Assembly: GCA_028534125.1 (NCBI GenBank)
Contig: CM052816.1
Location: forward strand, 62,994,001-63,058,000
Direction: 5' to 3'
DNA: 64,000 nucleotides
Source: Lama glama
Lineage: Eukaryota
Part shown: piece after piece, positions 63,466 to 64,000 of the stretch
How the letters are laid out: every line of letters begins with the position of its first letter
How positions within the stretch are numbered: position 1 is the first letter of the stretch
Made by a program: the position numbers and the translations under genes
The notes under the pieces: model-generated
Seen by the model: only the letters and a program-made list of their open reading frames with translations
Databases searched by the model: none
What the model was told of the DNA's origin: nothing

Positions 63466-64000
63466 GTGTGAGTTAGCCACTGCTGCGAAACAAACCACCC
63501 AAAATCCAATGGCTTAAAACAGTAAGCAAGTATGGCTGTTTACGTCAATGGGACATCTGGGTGTTTCTGTTGGTGTCCCCTGGACTTGCTCTTGCATCTG
63601 CAATTAGTTGTGGACTGATAGGCAGGCAGCTCTCTCGCATGTTTGGGGATCACGTAAAATAAATTGGTCTAGGATCCTTAGTCTTAGCAAGGACAACTGG
63701 CCTCCTTCCACAGGGGTCTATCTTCCAGCAGGTGTACCAAGCTTGTTCACATGCTGGGGGAGGTGGGGCAGAGGAGGGGTTCTAAGAGAGATAATGAAGG
63801 CACACAAGTTCCCTGGAGGCCTTCACTCAGAACTAGCACACTGTCTACTGCATTCTACATTTTAAAGCAAAACGCAAGATCAGCTTAGATTCAAGAAATG
63901 GAATAAACTTCACCTCTTAGTAGATAAATAGGTGTGAAAACCAGGGGGGATTAGAAGGGAAGAGGATTAGAGTCAAGTCTGTATTTGCAATTGATCTACT
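63466..64000 (-). mobile_element. MLT1 (G/H/I-like) MaLR LTR, antisense
   Basis: 'tgtgagttagccactgctgcgaaacaaaccaccc...ggcttaaaaca...tcagaactagcacactgtc...cagcttagattcaag'. Confidence 0.75.

Overview
This is AT-rich, CpG-depleted mammalian non-coding DNA with one 500-N assembly gap (38821-39320). It is most likely camelid (camel/alpaca/llama), judging from a vic-1-type tRNA-derived SINE at ~48.5 kb and repeated young L1 3' ends of one type. Much of the window is transposable-element fossils: nested L1s of several ages, MaLR/ERVL/ERV1 solo LTRs (many with recoverable TSDs), L2, MIR and hAT MITEs. I recognise no intact protein-coding gene; the ORF-track entries are either decayed L1/ERVL fragments or chance ORFs. 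Family names below come from remembered consensus resemblance and need RepeatMasker/Dfam confirmation. The most interesting structure is a 5-kb cluster of five solo LTRs (43.3-48.3 kb). It includes two related LTRs lying back-to-back; the minus-strand copy keeps CCAAT, a perfect CRE, TATAAA and a consensus splice donor, and points at a well-formed candidate exon 1.5 kb downstream. That is a candidate LTR-driven, spliced minus-strand transcript. Other observations: a further strong minus-strand donor in a TE-poor block (35.5 kb), a triple ACGTGC (HRE-like) CpG cluster (31.5 kb), a diverged ~200-bp direct duplication (13.6/15.9 kb), a 29-bp templated-insertion signature across the gap, two tail-less TSD-flanked L1 fragments, a twin-primed L1 inversion, and fossil hAT-transposase and ERVL-gag coding remnants.
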